64,000 nucleotides of DNA. Origin: Enoplolaimus lenunculus (Eukaryota). The notes under the pieces were generated by a model that did no database searches, was not told the DNA's origin, and saw nothing but the letters and a program-made list of their open reading frames with translations. The stretch lies in NCBI GenBank assembly GCA_030248215.1, contig JASANG010001409.1, forward strand, positions 248,001 through 312,000, given 5' to 3'. This document shows, in pieces, positions 1-15,000 of the stretch. Both the position numbers and the translations under genes were made by a program. Position 1 is the stretch's first letter, and each line of letters starts with the position of its first letter.

Positions 1-3000
1 CGGTGCCTTTGGATTACTTGTCAACATCGATAGGAATTGATACTCAGACGGTACCAGTCAACAAATACGAGTCAACATTGCTAGCAAAACCAACGATTCA
101 ATTATCGCCACTGAAACAATACAAATTACACTTTGACTCGCAAACAGTCGACAAAAATATGGAGTAAGCTATAATCCATTCTGTATACTTTCGAACATTT
201 AGTGGAGCCACGAGGGAGTCGCCGAGAACCATACCCCCGTAACAGGAATCAGACACTCTATTGGACTGACTCTAAACCAAAATTTTGTATTAAGATTTAG
301 AATTAAAATTTCGTTTTGATTCTCGTTCGTTTCGCTCGTGAGGGTTTTTTCACTATTGAACATTGCAATGCGTTTCGCATCGCTAATTAATATTGACACG
401 TAATTGCTGTCAAATGAGAGTGAATTAAAGTGTACAAAATTGTACAGATTTAACATTTTTGAAGCTGAGATATTATTTGAATTAAAGTTTTTGTGCTAAT
501 CAATTACCTATTAATTGAATTAATAATTTGTAGCAAACCATTTAATTTATGAAATAAAACAAAAACTATGGCAATCGTTTTAAAAATTACGCTAATCAGT
601 TCCACAATAACGTGATGCTAGGCGCTGTGGATACAATATTTGTAACCGGCACCACCATATCCCCTATAAACATCACAATCCCAGCACAATAAAAAATCTT
701 GCGTAGTGACCCGAATAAGCGGGGGTGCAAAAAAAGGAGTCCTCATTTTGAGTCCCAATCAATAGGAGTCCGTATCCCTAATAAGAGTCTGTAAGCGGAT
801 ACAGTCTCTAAACGTCTATAAATGTTGACTGTTCCTAATTGCAGTGTATAAGCGACTCCAGACCCAAATAAAGTTGAGTTCGGAACTATAAAGCATAAGT
901 TTTGAAATTACATTTGTAAGTATAACCTTGTATTATCGCTCAAGCTTTTGATACAAGACAAATAAACGTTTAATTCAACGGATAATTGCAGCACCGGTTA
1001 TATCAGTAACGAACGGTGGCGGAGTGTGGGTTAAAAAATAACAGTCCGTAACCCCATAACAAAGAGAGAGATGCCAAATAAATATCGGTCCCCTCTCTTA
1101 TTCGGGCCATTACAGTAATGCTAGAAAGTTGTCCAAAACACGTATGTGGGGCGTTCCAGCTTTAATAATATAAATGTACTCTGGCATTTTATATATTCCA
1201 GTATCAGTCACAACATTTCAGTTTAAAAAGAGTAATAATTATTTCAGGCAAACTAATTCACATACCCACTCAACTAACAGGAGTGACTATTTTATATCGG
1301 AGTTGCCGCCTCCGGCAAAACCACCAAGAGTTCCAATGGTTGCAGATGGACCATGGCAATTGTTCGAGCCAGGAGCAATCGCATCAAGAAGCACACCAGC
1401 GGTTTTGAATTTAATGAGTAATCTGAGTCAAACTGTGGACAGCCTTGAAGCCGGGTTAAAGGAACCGGTACCCAAGTTGAAAACTTCACCGATTGAATTG
1501 AACGAAACGCTTCCACGTTTTGAAGGTCAGAAAATATTTCACAAATGATATCTGTCTTGTTACAGTGTTTATGCAACCCTTGCGAAATTATTCGGTTTGA
1601 TTAATGAATTTTGGGCCCATGTAAAGATCAGGGGCGGAACGTTTTTCTATGAGACTGCAAGAGAATAAGCTTAAGGTTTAGACTAATTGTTTTTGCTTGG
1701 TATAGGCTTTAGGCTTAGGCTTAGGAATAAATTCATTATTGCACTTAGGTTTATGATTAGGTTTAGGCGTTGGCTAAAAAATAAGCTTATAATACTGTTC
1801 TACTACTGTTCTTGGACGAATTTTGTAAAATTGATGGCATGGTTTATATGAACATATGTGTCATACAAACACAAAAACTATCTGAAAGTTGGAAGAAGTA
1901 AACGCACCAGATTAGCATCCATTAACGTCTTTACATTCGTTGAAACCCAATTACATTTTTTTGAAAATTTTCGTTACTTCCAAGCAGCGTTGGTTTTTTC
2001 CGGAAAAGTTGAATCGACGTGAAAAACGTTTTTTCTCGGTCGATTGAAAATTTCCGGAAAAAACCAACGCTGCTTGGAAGTTGGTTTTTTCCGAAAAAAT
2101 TGAATCGACGGGAAAAAACGTTTCTTTTTCTCGGTCGATTCAATATCTCCGGAAACGAACCAACCCTGATTGAAATATAAATAATTGCTATTGGGAAGCC
2201 TACGCTGCTCTGCTCAACCAAATATTACGAATCTGTTTCAAATGTTTATTGACAGACAGATCGTGATTTTGTTGGCGTTAAAATGTTGTTTTGGAAATTT
2301 CAAATTGACAAAACGGTCGATGTTTAGTATTAAACCAAGAGTGCATGATACAAGAGTGTGCAACTTTTTGGGTTCCGCATTGTACAAAATGTACCACCGG
2401 GTGTTGCGTTTTTGCCGACCCGCCCCTCTTTGTTTAGAGGCGGGTCGCTGTCAAATGCAGTGACACTAAATTAAATTATAAGCGGATGTTTGGCGTTTTA
2501 GCTTCACTTATAATAGAATAGATGACACGTAAAACAATTGCATTATTACTTGTGTTGCCTTGTTTAAAACAAGCGATACGAATTGAATTTTGTGTTTCAG
2601 ATAAGAAACAACTGAAAGAAAATGAACATCCAATCAAATCCTACGCTCATGACAACAGATGCTTACCATTTCGAGATTTGACAAGTACCGAAACTGAAGT
2701 AAGTTTCATTTTATGTTATTTTGAGAACTGAATTAAAGTTAATTGTTACATTTGAAAATGACACGAATTTACAAAAAACGAAACAATTTCGTGAATCATT
2801 TTTGAAAGTAAAAGGAGAAAATATAAAATAATGAAATAATTTTTGATTTTAAGATATTTCGGCTAATTTTGGAAATGAACGAACAGTGAAATGCCAAATT
2901 GAGTATACAAGATTTTTTTACTATTTCAGAGTAAACAATTTTCACATTTGACACAAACAAGTGATTGCAAACGTGACGGTGTAAACAAAGCGTCCAGTTA

Positions 3001-6000
3001 TAACTATCGTCCAGAGCAAATTGGTATGAACCACAATGTACATTTCAATGAGTTAATTAATCAACTCAGGCGAATAGTTAGTTATTTTTAGTTTAATAAA
3101 TGTCAAGCTTAACTCACTCGGAGTTGAGCTGATTCTCACGTTGAGTTGAGCTGATTCCGGGGGACTTGATTAATTAAATCATGATGAGTTAAATCAACTC
3201 AGAATTTTGAGTTCTGATTGTCTTAACTCAGACTGAGTGATTCTGCTCATTATGAGTAAAAATCAACTCACTGGAATTTATGCGCCGTTCACAATAATTT
3301 TGTCTACGGTGCCACAAAATATGCCGTAGCACAAGGCTATCAATATAATTTAAATTAATAAAACTTTGTTGGTCTGCTTAGGTTGAACGCCAGCAGAATA
3401 ACCTAACATTGCCGAATATACTTGTTATTTACGATTGGGTCAGCCACGGTCATTCTGCTATAAATCTTTGCCGGTATTTGCTATTATTTTCCACTTGTCT
3501 TTATTTTGAAAACAAGATATATAATACAAATGTTTTAAATTTATTTTAGATCGCGCAACCGTTCAAAGGATAGCAATGAAACCAGACTATTTGGTAAAAG
3601 CGTCCGATGTCAAAATTTCAGGTACAAATTGTTTTGTGGTGTTTGTGTTTCAGCAGTTTTAAAATTTAGCAATCATTTGATAATCCGTAAAAGCCGAATT
3701 TTAAGGCATTTTAAATTATAAATTTTAGATTTTAGAAATATTTTAAGCGTACAATTATATTTTTTGAATTATTCTACGATTTAGAGTTACGTTCCAGTTT
3801 GAATATCGGCTATATTTTGACTTAACATTGTTTGTTTATTTCGGTGATTTTTTTTGATTGACGTACCGCGTTTATTATATTATACACATTGGGTTTGTTC
3901 TCATTTTAACTTAAATCAAGCTCTATTGACACGTGCAAGTTTTTGCTGCAAAAACTTGAGCCTTTTGGTCAGAAAGCTGCGTTGTAGTTCTTGCAGCTGT
4001 AAATTATTCACTGGAATTTATACTGTTTTATTTAATTCGCACCTGTGAACGCAGTTGCAAGTCGTTTGAATATTTTGCACCTTCAGTTTGATTGGTCAAT
4101 CGAAATACTCCTATGAAAATACTTGCAGCTGCAAGTGTTTCGTGCAAGTTGCAGCTGCGAGTTCTCGTTGTAAAAACTTGCACGTGTGAGAAGAGTTTAA
4201 CTTATATATTTATTGTAATTTCAGAAACAAATTCTCCAAGCGGAAATTTTATATTTCGAACATCAAAGTATCCCGAATTGCCTAAATTATATACATCATC
4301 CGGAATCGGTACATTAGCTTTAAAAAATTAATTTGTGTGGCCCATGTATAGAACAGGGCCGGGTCAGTAGGATAAGCATATATATTCGTAAGCCTAAGCC
4401 TAAGCCTAAAGCCTAATAAGCTAAGCGAAAGGAATTGCCTGTTCCTAAGCCTAAAAATTAGTCTAAAGCTTAACCGCTGTCTATTACAGCCCCGCTGGAA
4501 AACGATCCGACCCTGTTCTATACATGTGTCATTTGTATTAATATCGGACATAGTATTTTCAAAAATATGAAAATATGTGTAGATCTTATATTAGTACTAC
4601 CAAGAATGCATGATACAAGACTATACAACTCTTTGAGTTCCGCATGTTACTTAAGGTACTCGCCACGAGCTGTGTTTTTGGCCCGCTCACCTTCCCCCAG
4701 TATTTAGAGGGGGTACAACCAGTGCAAACTATAGCACTGTATCCGGCATACAAAATGTTTCACTTATATCTTCACTGCAAAAAATGGTGAGTCAAATTGA
4801 CTCTCTCCAAAATAGGCTTTTCCTGACTGCACTAACTGAGTCAAAATTCGACTCCGCCAGAGTCAAATTGAGTGGAATTTGACTCAGGCGGAGTCGAATT
4901 TTGACTCAGTTTGTGTAGTTCGGAAAAGCCTATTTCGGAGAGAGTCAATTTGACTCACCATTTTTTGCAGTGTTAGTTTAAGCAAAGCCAAGCAAAAAAA
5001 TTAGTCTAATGCTTAAGCTTACTCTTTTCTATTCGTGTAGCCTGCGTTTTTTAAAGCACATTTTACAATTTAATATTCTAGGAACAGATCGAAATGTACG
5101 CTCAAAGTCTGCTGGAAGGTACGCGTATGCAGTGATATATTTTTGATATACTGTAAATTCCGATGAGTTGATTAATCAACATAGAAAACGAATTAGTTAA
5201 TTCTGGTTATTTCTGAGTTAATAACAGTAAACGTTAACTCACTCTGAGTTGATTTAACTGTGGAGTAGTTGATTGATTTACTCAGAACGAGTTAGATCAA
5301 TTCAGCATTCTGAGTTTTGAAAGACATGTTTCAGAGCTGAGACCTTGAGCGAACTCAACTCATTCTGAATTAAAATCAACTCACGGAAATTAACAGTGTA
5401 AGCGACACTCTGAAATTTTGAAATTTAGTTTGAAATTAAATTTTAAAACAATTTTCAGTTTTCAAAATTAATCAACTTGGCTTAAACAATGTTCCTTGTG
5501 GAAACGTGTAAAGGCGTTTTCACAGACGACCTCAGAAATCGAGATTGTCAGTAGTTTAAAACTTCACCTGTGTATCTTTTATTAGTTGTTGCACTGTAAA
5601 TTCCAGTGAGTTGATTTCAACTCAGAATGAGTTGAATCAATCAGTCTGAGTTAGGACTATCAGAATTCACAATTTTGAGTTGATTCAACTCATTCTGATT
5701 TAATTAATTCAACTCCCCCGCAGTCAATTCAATTCACAATGGGAATCAAGTCAACTCAGAGTGAGTTCAAGTTTACTGTTATTAACTATCAAATAACTAA
5801 CTTTCTGTCTGAGCTTATTTATTAACTCATTGGAATTTATTGTGTGTTTTGTTTCAGATATGAACGCAGTAATGTGGAGATAGGCGATTTGTGGTCAACC
5901 AACAAGCGAGAAGTACGACAGTTTTTGAGCTCAATCTAATAAATTAAGACGAGGTCACAAGGCGAATTGTGGACCATTCAATTTATTTTTAGCAGCGTTT

Positions 6001-9000
6001 TGTGTTTAAGCAAGAGCGGATGATCTTAAAAGAGAGTGTGTAACTAGCTGGGCGGTGTATGGTACAAATTGTACCAGCACGCATTGCGTTTTCGCCTTAC
6101 CCCCCCCCCGTTGTTTAAGGGGGTCGATTTCAGCTTTAATGCACACTATATTTCTTGACCATTTAAGAATATAAACGATGTATGAACATATGGGAATGCA
6201 ACATAATGATTACTGAAAATTTTGACTCCCTCTCCAAGTAAGGGGTAGGCCGAAAATGCAACGCGTGCCAGGTAAATTGTTTCTACACAGAATGTGCCCA
6301 GTTGTATACTCTTGTTGAAGTATGCATCATCCACTCTTGGTTTAAGTCAATTTCCTCTCATATCGAATTCGAAATTGGGACTCGAACTCGAGACTTTCAG
6401 ATGGGTCGCGTTTGTACAGATGTCATTGCACCCAGCGCCTCTAAATTCTAGCAGAATTTAGGTGGATAATAGCTGGGATCACATTTTTGAGGGAATGTGT
6501 GAGCTTTCGGGCTGCACGGAAATTTTAATGATAATATCTGGAGCGAAAGGATCCCGTGCAAGCTCACGCCAGCTAGCGGAGCTTTGATTCGGAGGATTCT
6601 GAGCCGTAATGAGCAGCCCTTGAAGTTTCGGAGCTCTGGAGGGTTGCTGTATGCTCATGTGCACAGGTCTGGAAATCGATATAACTCGTAGAAATGCACA
6701 GACTTTGTAAATCCGTTCCGGGTGAGCTGTGGGTGCTCCCATAGCTTAAAAAGGTTGAAAACAATCGTGAATAGTCGGTATTGACTCATTTCAAGTCTAG
6801 TACAACTGTTTTCGGGTCAAAAATCTAACTTACAAAATGTTTGAATTTTGTGAAATTCAATAATTGTCTGAATTTGGCTCAATTCAGTTTTAATCATTGT
6901 AAAACTTAGTAATAGGGTTTGAAACCTGCTGAATTTTATAAAACGGGTCTAAAACCCTTAAATTCTACCTGAATTGACGTATTCTGGGTCTTGGAAAATG
7001 TGTATGATGATTCGAGATATTTTGTTATTTTTCGAATTTATAGCTAGCTACTAAATAAGGTTACATATGTCTTGGCTTGTTTCGCGGAACGGAGGTATGG
7101 TGAAATGGTAGAATTTGAATGGAGATGTTGTTTCTGTTTTATGTTGATTGGTTGTTCTAGCGGTGGAAAATACTTTTGAGTTTTGAGTTTTCTAGTTTTT
7201 AGTAACCGGTTATGCAAAATAGCCGGTAAAATAGAATTTCTGCCCGTGTGATCTCAGCCGCTGAGAGGGATTTATTATTATGGTAGATTTTTTCCGACTA
7301 GTTGGTTAATTTTCAAGTTTCCTCGGTTTTTCGGTTTGCTTTCGTGCAAACAAGTAGGATTATAGTGAGATTTACGCTTTATAATTTCGGGAATTTGCAT
7401 GGCATATAGATTTAAGCAAGCACACCTCCCGCAGCTCCGGGTAGGTTGGTCATGGACTACGGGCCTTGACTGGTGCAATTGGACAGCGGCTGAGTCTCCT
7501 TTCTGGCAGGGCGTGACTCGGGACAATCCGCATGCTCGGCCACTTCCGTGCCCGTCGCATGAAATACCGGAAATTGTGGTAAGATTGCATTTTATTCTAA
7601 CTTGGAGTTACATCTTGGCTTTGTATAAGTTAGTGTGCGCTCTGGAAAAGCTAGCCCTATTGCAAGTTAAAGCTTGGTCTAATTATTACTTGCATAAGTT
7701 TCAGTGCTGTCGTTAGCCACATAAAATTAGTGCCAATTAGTTTAATTAACGTAAATTATGGACTCGGACACCTCAAAACAGTCATCTCCGCTAAACCCTC
7801 AAGCTGAGGCGTTTAAGCCGTCAACCTCCGGTTATCGGTGGACCGTTGGTCAGCCGACACCGGACATTCAGGCAGAACTGGATGCATTGCAAGCTAAAAA
7901 CCTAGCGGAGGATCAGGTAAATCTTAGGATTATGGTTACAGGTATATTGGATTTGTTAGTTATAATTAATTTTTGTGAGTTAAGTATTTGTTTTCGTACT
8001 AATAAATTTCGGAGAGTATAGTGAGCTGCTATACTCAGGCGTTACTGTTTATTGTTTTCACCCCGCATATGCCTAGGTGATCCACCCGCATGGTGAGGAC
8101 TCAGCTTAGTTTACCCTGCGACGCTTTCGCATCTTAAGTATTTTCCGTCTTAGTCCTTTCACTCCGATGCGCATTATCATCTTGCTCTCTGTCTTAGGCC
8201 TAAGCTCTCGCTTTCCTGTTTTGGGTCTGAGTATCTTAGTCTACTACGCGTAAGTTTCTCATGGGTCGACCCGCATTTTTCGTATCTCTCTTGCTCAAGT
8301 GGTTTTAGTCACCTGCAGGTTTGTGAATCGTTAAGCAGTTTTACTCGGACCTGCAGATTTTGCGCGTGTCGGTATTGAACGGAGTGAGTCTTGAATTAGT
8401 ATATATATGTTTTAGCCAAACAATGTGAAATGAATTCGCGAGCCGGCCTAAATTTTGCGTTACATGTATGGAATCGGATTCAGGATTTGAAGTTTTATCC
8501 TAATTGAGTGTGTAGTTTGAGACATAGCAAGATTTGTGGATTCTGAGCAGTTAATTTTAATTTCGCAGTTTTATCCCAAAAATGCTCGCAGATTATTATC
8601 CTGCTCGCACGGTTTCGCTATGCATATATTTCGGCGTCGCCTATGCAGGCGATATGAATTATTCTAGTCAGGTCCGATGCAGCGTTTCGCGGAGTAATGC
8701 TGTCAAGCTGGGTGTGTGATTTTGGGAATTAGTAACTTGTCGGGACGCTTAGGCTTAGGACGTTTAACTGGGATTCCCGACTTAAGTTACTTGTCATGGG
8801 GCTGGGCGAAGTTGCTGGTTCCCAGGTCCATGTGTGGCTTGGCGGATGTTGACCTGAGGGGTGTTGCGTATTTGTCGGATCCTCGTAACTCTCTATATGT
8901 CGTGACCACTTGGTAGACCTACCCCAGTCACGGGCTTAGCAGGATTCGCCGTGTTCGATCTAACTTATCTCGCATAAGCAGAAAGTTGCCGAGGGTAGGC

Positions 9001-12000
9001 GGCGTCCCATAACTTTCTGACTTATAGCGTTTACTATCGCTGATCCACTATAACAGCCGGACGTCAAGCTTCAGAGGCTGGACGTCCAGTTGAGATATTG
9101 TGTTGCGAATATGCATAATTGCTAAAACGTCGCGCATTGTGCAATATTTCACTTATAGAATGCAGTATTGCTCATTCATTAAGCCTATGCTAACCAGTGG
9201 TGTGATTTTTGATTGTGAAGCTTGGCTCAAAAAATTAGAAATATTTTCCAAATTTTTTCGCTGAATATTTCAATATTTTAAGTATTAGTATCATATTTTG
9301 AATTAATATGAAAACAATGGTTTAACAATGGACTTCCTGAATTCTGACTATTTCACTGTATAAACAATCACTAACTTAAGCCCTATTGGCTCGTGCAAGT
9401 TTTTGCTGCGATAACTTGCAGGTACAACCTGCACTTGCAAGTTTTGTCCAATATCCCGGTCAAAAAACTTACAGCTGCAAATGATTCATTAAAAAGCACA
9501 GCTAGGAATTTAGTTCACATGTCTGAATAACCACACAAGTTCACTGAATTTGTTCCAGCCGCTTGCTCATTGGCTGATGAAAAATGCAAGTTCTGCGTGC
9601 CGCTTGCAGCTGTATGTTCTCGCAACAAAAACTTGCACGTGTGAATAGGGCTTAAAATACTACATTAATGCTAATTGATGAACTTAATATTTGTTTGATT
9701 TTGAAATATTTTCTATACAGATTTCGCCGTATGGCACAACTTTTGAAAAATATACATCACCGACTCGAGCAGAAGCGTCAAAAGCATCGTAAGCTTTAAT
9801 CAACAAAGCTATTTTTTAAACCAGTATTGTCTCAATTGTTTGTAGCACCTATAACCAATAAAGGATAGATTTTTATAATTATATATTGTCATTCAGTATA
9901 AAATAATATTTTAACCCATTTTTATGATATGATCAAACCATTGGCAAATCTTGTAACCGGGCAAAAATTCAAATTACGACATTGTACATGATTTATAAGC
10001 TGTAGCAATTATCAATACGGTCAATGTATCGAACAGGACCGAGTTGTTTTTCGGCAGGGCTGTAATAGAATCAGTTTAAGCTTTAGACTAACTTTTTTGC
10101 TTAGGCTTATGCTTAGGAATAGGCTCATCCTTACGCTGTAGGGTTAGGCTTAGGCTTAGGTTTTGCAATAGGCTCACCCGTACGCTTTGCGTTAGGCTTA
10201 GGCTTAGGATTAGGCTGAGGAATATGCTTACTGTTCCAGTCCTGTTCTGTACATGGGCTTTACTTACGGTCTACTGTGCAATTTCATGTCGTGCCAATAT
10301 ATGCAAGCCATTGTAAATTATCGATCCATTAACGACACTAAGATTTAACTTAATCCTCTTAATTTTTATCTGCAAATGTAGACCATTTCAATTGAATTTC
10401 TAACCGGAACCGAAATCGTACTCGCATCCTGACTCACATGACACAAGTTTCAATTACAGGCTTCATTCTCAACACGCGAACATTAAACGGGATATTCCAT
10501 TGCTTATGAAACAACCGCCGGAAACATCACTGGAACCAAAGAAAAATGATTTGGCCTCATTACAATCCTGGCAAACACCTTTAGATAGCAAGCTACAACA
10601 GACATCAGGAACCAGAAGTAAGTGTCTTGGTATTTTAGGTTTTGAAAAATTTGCTTTTACGGATTCAAACCTAATTTTATTTTGACATTTTTATTAGCCA
10701 ACGCGTTACGCTATAACCACAAAATGGCAATTTTTGCAACTGCAAGTTCTCCTTGTAAAGGATACCTTTACACGTCGATGTAGCATTTATCACCAGTAAG
10801 CGAGAGATATTTCAAACAGCTTCAATAGCTACGGTAAAATATTAAATACTGATTTGTATGATGTTTGTGTTTTCAGGTTCTGATTTCAAGCCATCGTATG
10901 AATTTGAAGCTGATTTGCTGAAAGACATACAGGTTAGCGAAAAATAAACAGACAGTAACACGACCCCACAGTCCCCACGTACGAATGGAAAAGCAGACGT
11001 ACCCATAGGCACTGGTTTAGACTTTAGCCTCATCTGCAAGCATTGCGAAGCATAAATCTGTACGTGCAAATTGTAACTGCAAATTTTTCGATAGGATTTG
11101 GAACAAATTACACTAATTACTGTTGTGACCCGAAAAAAATGGGGTGTAATAAGAGGTGTCCTCATTTTGAGTCCCAATCAATAGTAGTTCGTATCCCTAA
11201 TAAGTGTCCGTAAGCGGATAGAGTTTCTAAAAGTCTAACTATAGTCCATAAATATCAATTGTCCGAAATTGTAATGCATAAATGATTCCAGGCCCAAATA
11301 AAGTTGAGTTCGAAACTTTAAAGCGTACTTAAGTTTTGAAAATTATGTTCCTCAGTATAACCTTGTATTATCGCTCAAGTTTTTGATACGAAACAAATAA
11401 ACGTTTAATTCAACGGATAATTGCAAAATCGGTTATATCTCAGTAACGAAGGGCGGCGAAGCGCGGGTTAAAAATAAATAACAGTCTGTAACCGTCTAAC
11501 ACGAGGTACCCTCTGTACACGCCAAATAAATATCAGTACCTCGTCTTATTCGGGTCACTACAGTAACCGGTTTAAATTTGTTGGTCCATGTAGGCTTAGG
11601 AATATGCTTATGCTACTGTTCCGGCCCTGTTCTATACATGGGTCCATTTGTTTTAGGACTATGGAATGACAATGCGTAATTTGAATCGAAATCACGGCCT
11701 TACAAGTGAAGACCGGCTTTACTGTCAGTAAGTTTTTTGTGTTTAAAATATTTTTTAGTCACAATTTATCTTTTTCATAAAATTTTGAACTTTTTGTATT
11801 CATTCATACTTAAGACAATATTTGTTGACCAGCATTCGTCGCGTGTGAAAGTATAATTATTGACCTGTTAATTTTCAAATCCTTTAGGATTTCGCTATAC
11901 TTGCCACACGCCGCCGAACGACGCCACCGCAATCCACCAAATGGATTTTGCCTATATTTTTATTAGCAACGCGTAGCGGCTTTCAGCGGCGTCCAGTAAA

Positions 12001-15000
12001 GTATCGTGGAACCCTTAAAGTGCCGTGTTTTCCGTATTCATTCAACTATTTTAGTAAGCTTATTTTAACCGTATACAATCGTCAGCTGCTTGCATGCAAT
12101 TTGCAATTTTTGCAATTTTTGCAGGAAACTGTCAACTTCGTCGTCAGCCTTCAATACAGAAGGCAATAGCCGCCTCAGCGCCCCCGGCTCAAAGCCGTGG
12201 CCCGTACGCCAAGCGTCACCTAAACCAACAAGTGCCCCACCTAAATCAAGGGTACCATCATCGAATTTAGACGGTGAATGGAACGGCCGTCAGCGTGCTG
12301 CAACTGCTGATACTAAGCTCAATGCGATTGTTGCTGATCTTAAACGCGATTTAAGCTCTGGACCGCCGATTGGGTGCCCACGGAAAGCGGTTGCGCTGTA
12401 TCGGTTTGATGCTCAGTCACAAAGGTATTCAAGGGCAGCAGGGCGTGTAATTTTAGAGGCAGAACCGGAAACTTTTATGGCAGAGAACGCGAAATATATT
12501 GGTGAATAATCATAGCGTGCAAAACGAACGAGAAACCAAACACAATTTTAGTACTAATCTTTAATACAAAATTTAGGTATTGATCCCTGTTGCAAATCAG
12601 CATTTTGGTGACATACCTTCTATTTGCCTGTGTGTAACTTTAAAGATACTAAATGAGAATTTTTTCATTAAAATGCGCTGACGGCCTAAGCCTTAATAAA
12701 ATTCGAAAGATTCATCAAAAACCAGGTTAATAGTTTAATGGATATACTCTTATGATGTATAGAGATGCTTTGCCTTAATTTTACACATATTAGAAATTGT
12801 CTTGTATCAAAGAAATAATGTCTCAAATTTAAAACATTTATGTCTGTTCTTAGACTATTGATTTATGTATATTGAATGGCTAGAACAATCATGTGTATTT
12901 CCTAAGAAATTATTGTAAACAAACTAATGCTGGAAAGTTGCCCAAAATACGTATGTGGGGCGTTCCAGCTTTAATATATAGATATCATCGGATACTGACA
13001 AATGTTTCAAATCACAGTATTCTTAAAAAGAATAAATTTATGAAACTGAAAATGTAATGAGTAATGTAGCACCAGACACTGTTTTCTATGACCCAATCTC
13101 TTGCTTTTTGATTCTAAACGAATTCTATGTTAGAAAAAATGTACCCTGTCGTCATAACATATTCTGTCCGTCTTTATTGTGATTTCCAAATTGCGGGTTG
13201 AGTTCAAAAAATAATTTATTAATCGTTGAGAACCTTTCTGCAATTTTTAGTTTTTTTAATTTTAGAGAAATCAATTTGGCAAAAGGCGAGACTGTTATCA
13301 TCCGGACACAATTGGATGACAACTGGTACGAAGGCGAAACCAGCACTGGGCGGACAGGCATTTTTCCGATCAATTATGTTAAGGTAAACCGGTCCATAAT
13401 CCTTGTAGCGACATTGAGGAGGTTGATGGGTTTAGATATAAGTATGCTTTCAGGCTAAGCACAAGCAGATATGCGTACTGAAGCTACTAAGTAAGAATAT
13501 TTTCATTAAACCTTTTTCACATGAATATTTTCAATTTCATATGAAATGTAATTTCAGGGTAAGATTCGATCCCCGGTCTCACGGGTGGGAGGCGTCTACG
13601 ATGACCACTGAGCTATAGGAACTTGACGCTCGAGCCCGAGTAGGCTTTCACGTCTTGTGGAAGTTTTGCACTGCGCATTTACGTTATAATTTTTAAATAC
13701 TGCTCACAGTGTGTGTATTGCTCGTACATTATTGTAATTAGTTGCACATAGTATACGCTATGAGGGAAAGGGTTAAGTTGTGCTTGTGGGCCAATGTAAA
13801 GACCAGGAGCGAAACATTTTCTGTGGAACTGCAATAGAGTAAGTTTAAGCGTTAGACTGAATTTTTTGCTTAAATTTAATCACTCTTGCGGTTATACGTT
13901 CAGGTTTTAGGCTTAAGTTTAGGATTATGCTTATACTACTGTTACGGCCTTGTTCTATACATTTGCTGTGTTTTGACAAATTTACTATTTAATAGTAGGC
14001 TATGACAAGGGCAGAGTAATTGCTATAAAAATATTGAAGCGGTTTATGAACCGTTTATACGGACACTGCAGAAAATAGCTATATGTTGCTAAAATTTTTG
14101 GTCTTCGCACGAAAACCTTGTTAAAAATGAAAAGTTTTTGGGATTTTGAAAACCCAAAAAAATTTTTGCTTGGCTTAGGCTTATGCTTAGGCTTAGGCCT
14201 AGGCTTAAGCCTACTCTTTCACTGACCCACCAAAAAACGGGATAGCCCTAAATATAACCTTGGCCATGTATTATTTGAAATTAAATCTTTTCGTTTAGAT
14301 AATTACTGAACATACTTCAAAACCTGACAGCAATTTTGATCGAAGCTACTCATACCCGCGGTCTCAATACAACGCAGGCGCAACAACAAATGCGTGTTCA
14401 CCGTTCCACGAGTATTTGCAGTCTCCACGAAAATCTGACCACATATTTGATACTCTTGAGTCCGACGATCAGCTTGGAGAAGCAGTTGTAATGTTTGGTT
14501 TTACCCCGAGCAGACCACAGGAACTGCCTCTTTGTAAGGTAAGTACGGCATAACATTCTACGTTAATGCATTACCATACAGAGACGTTGCAATAATTAAA
14601 CTGCAAACGTTTTTGTAATGCATCATCCACAATAACTTGCGTGCGCTGTGCCACAATTTCTACTGTAGTGATTGTTATTCGGTTACGGACTGTTATTTAT
14701 TTTCATTGTATTGTTTGTTTTGAGATAAAGTTTATGCGGGATGTCTGATTGGCTGCATTTTTAAGCAGCCTTGGCCATTCTGAACTCATCATTTATTTTT
14801 TTATGATTTTAGGGCGATAAAATTGTGTTATTACGCCGAATTGATGAACACTGGTGGGAAGGTCGTGCGAGTACTGGTCAAGTTGGCATTTGTCCAGCAG
14901 GATACGTTAAAGTGTTTCGCACGCCAGGATCAAAGGATCGAACTGATGAAGAATACCGTTGGTTTAACCATATTCAATAAAATACAAGCTTTTAAAACAA

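Noticed and set aside
11888..12054. Extra SORBS exon after TTTAG at 11887
   Set aside because: The phase-compatible frame after exon 11657-11727 hits a stop, and 11727 joins 12125 in frame without it. An alternative exon cannot be fully excluded.
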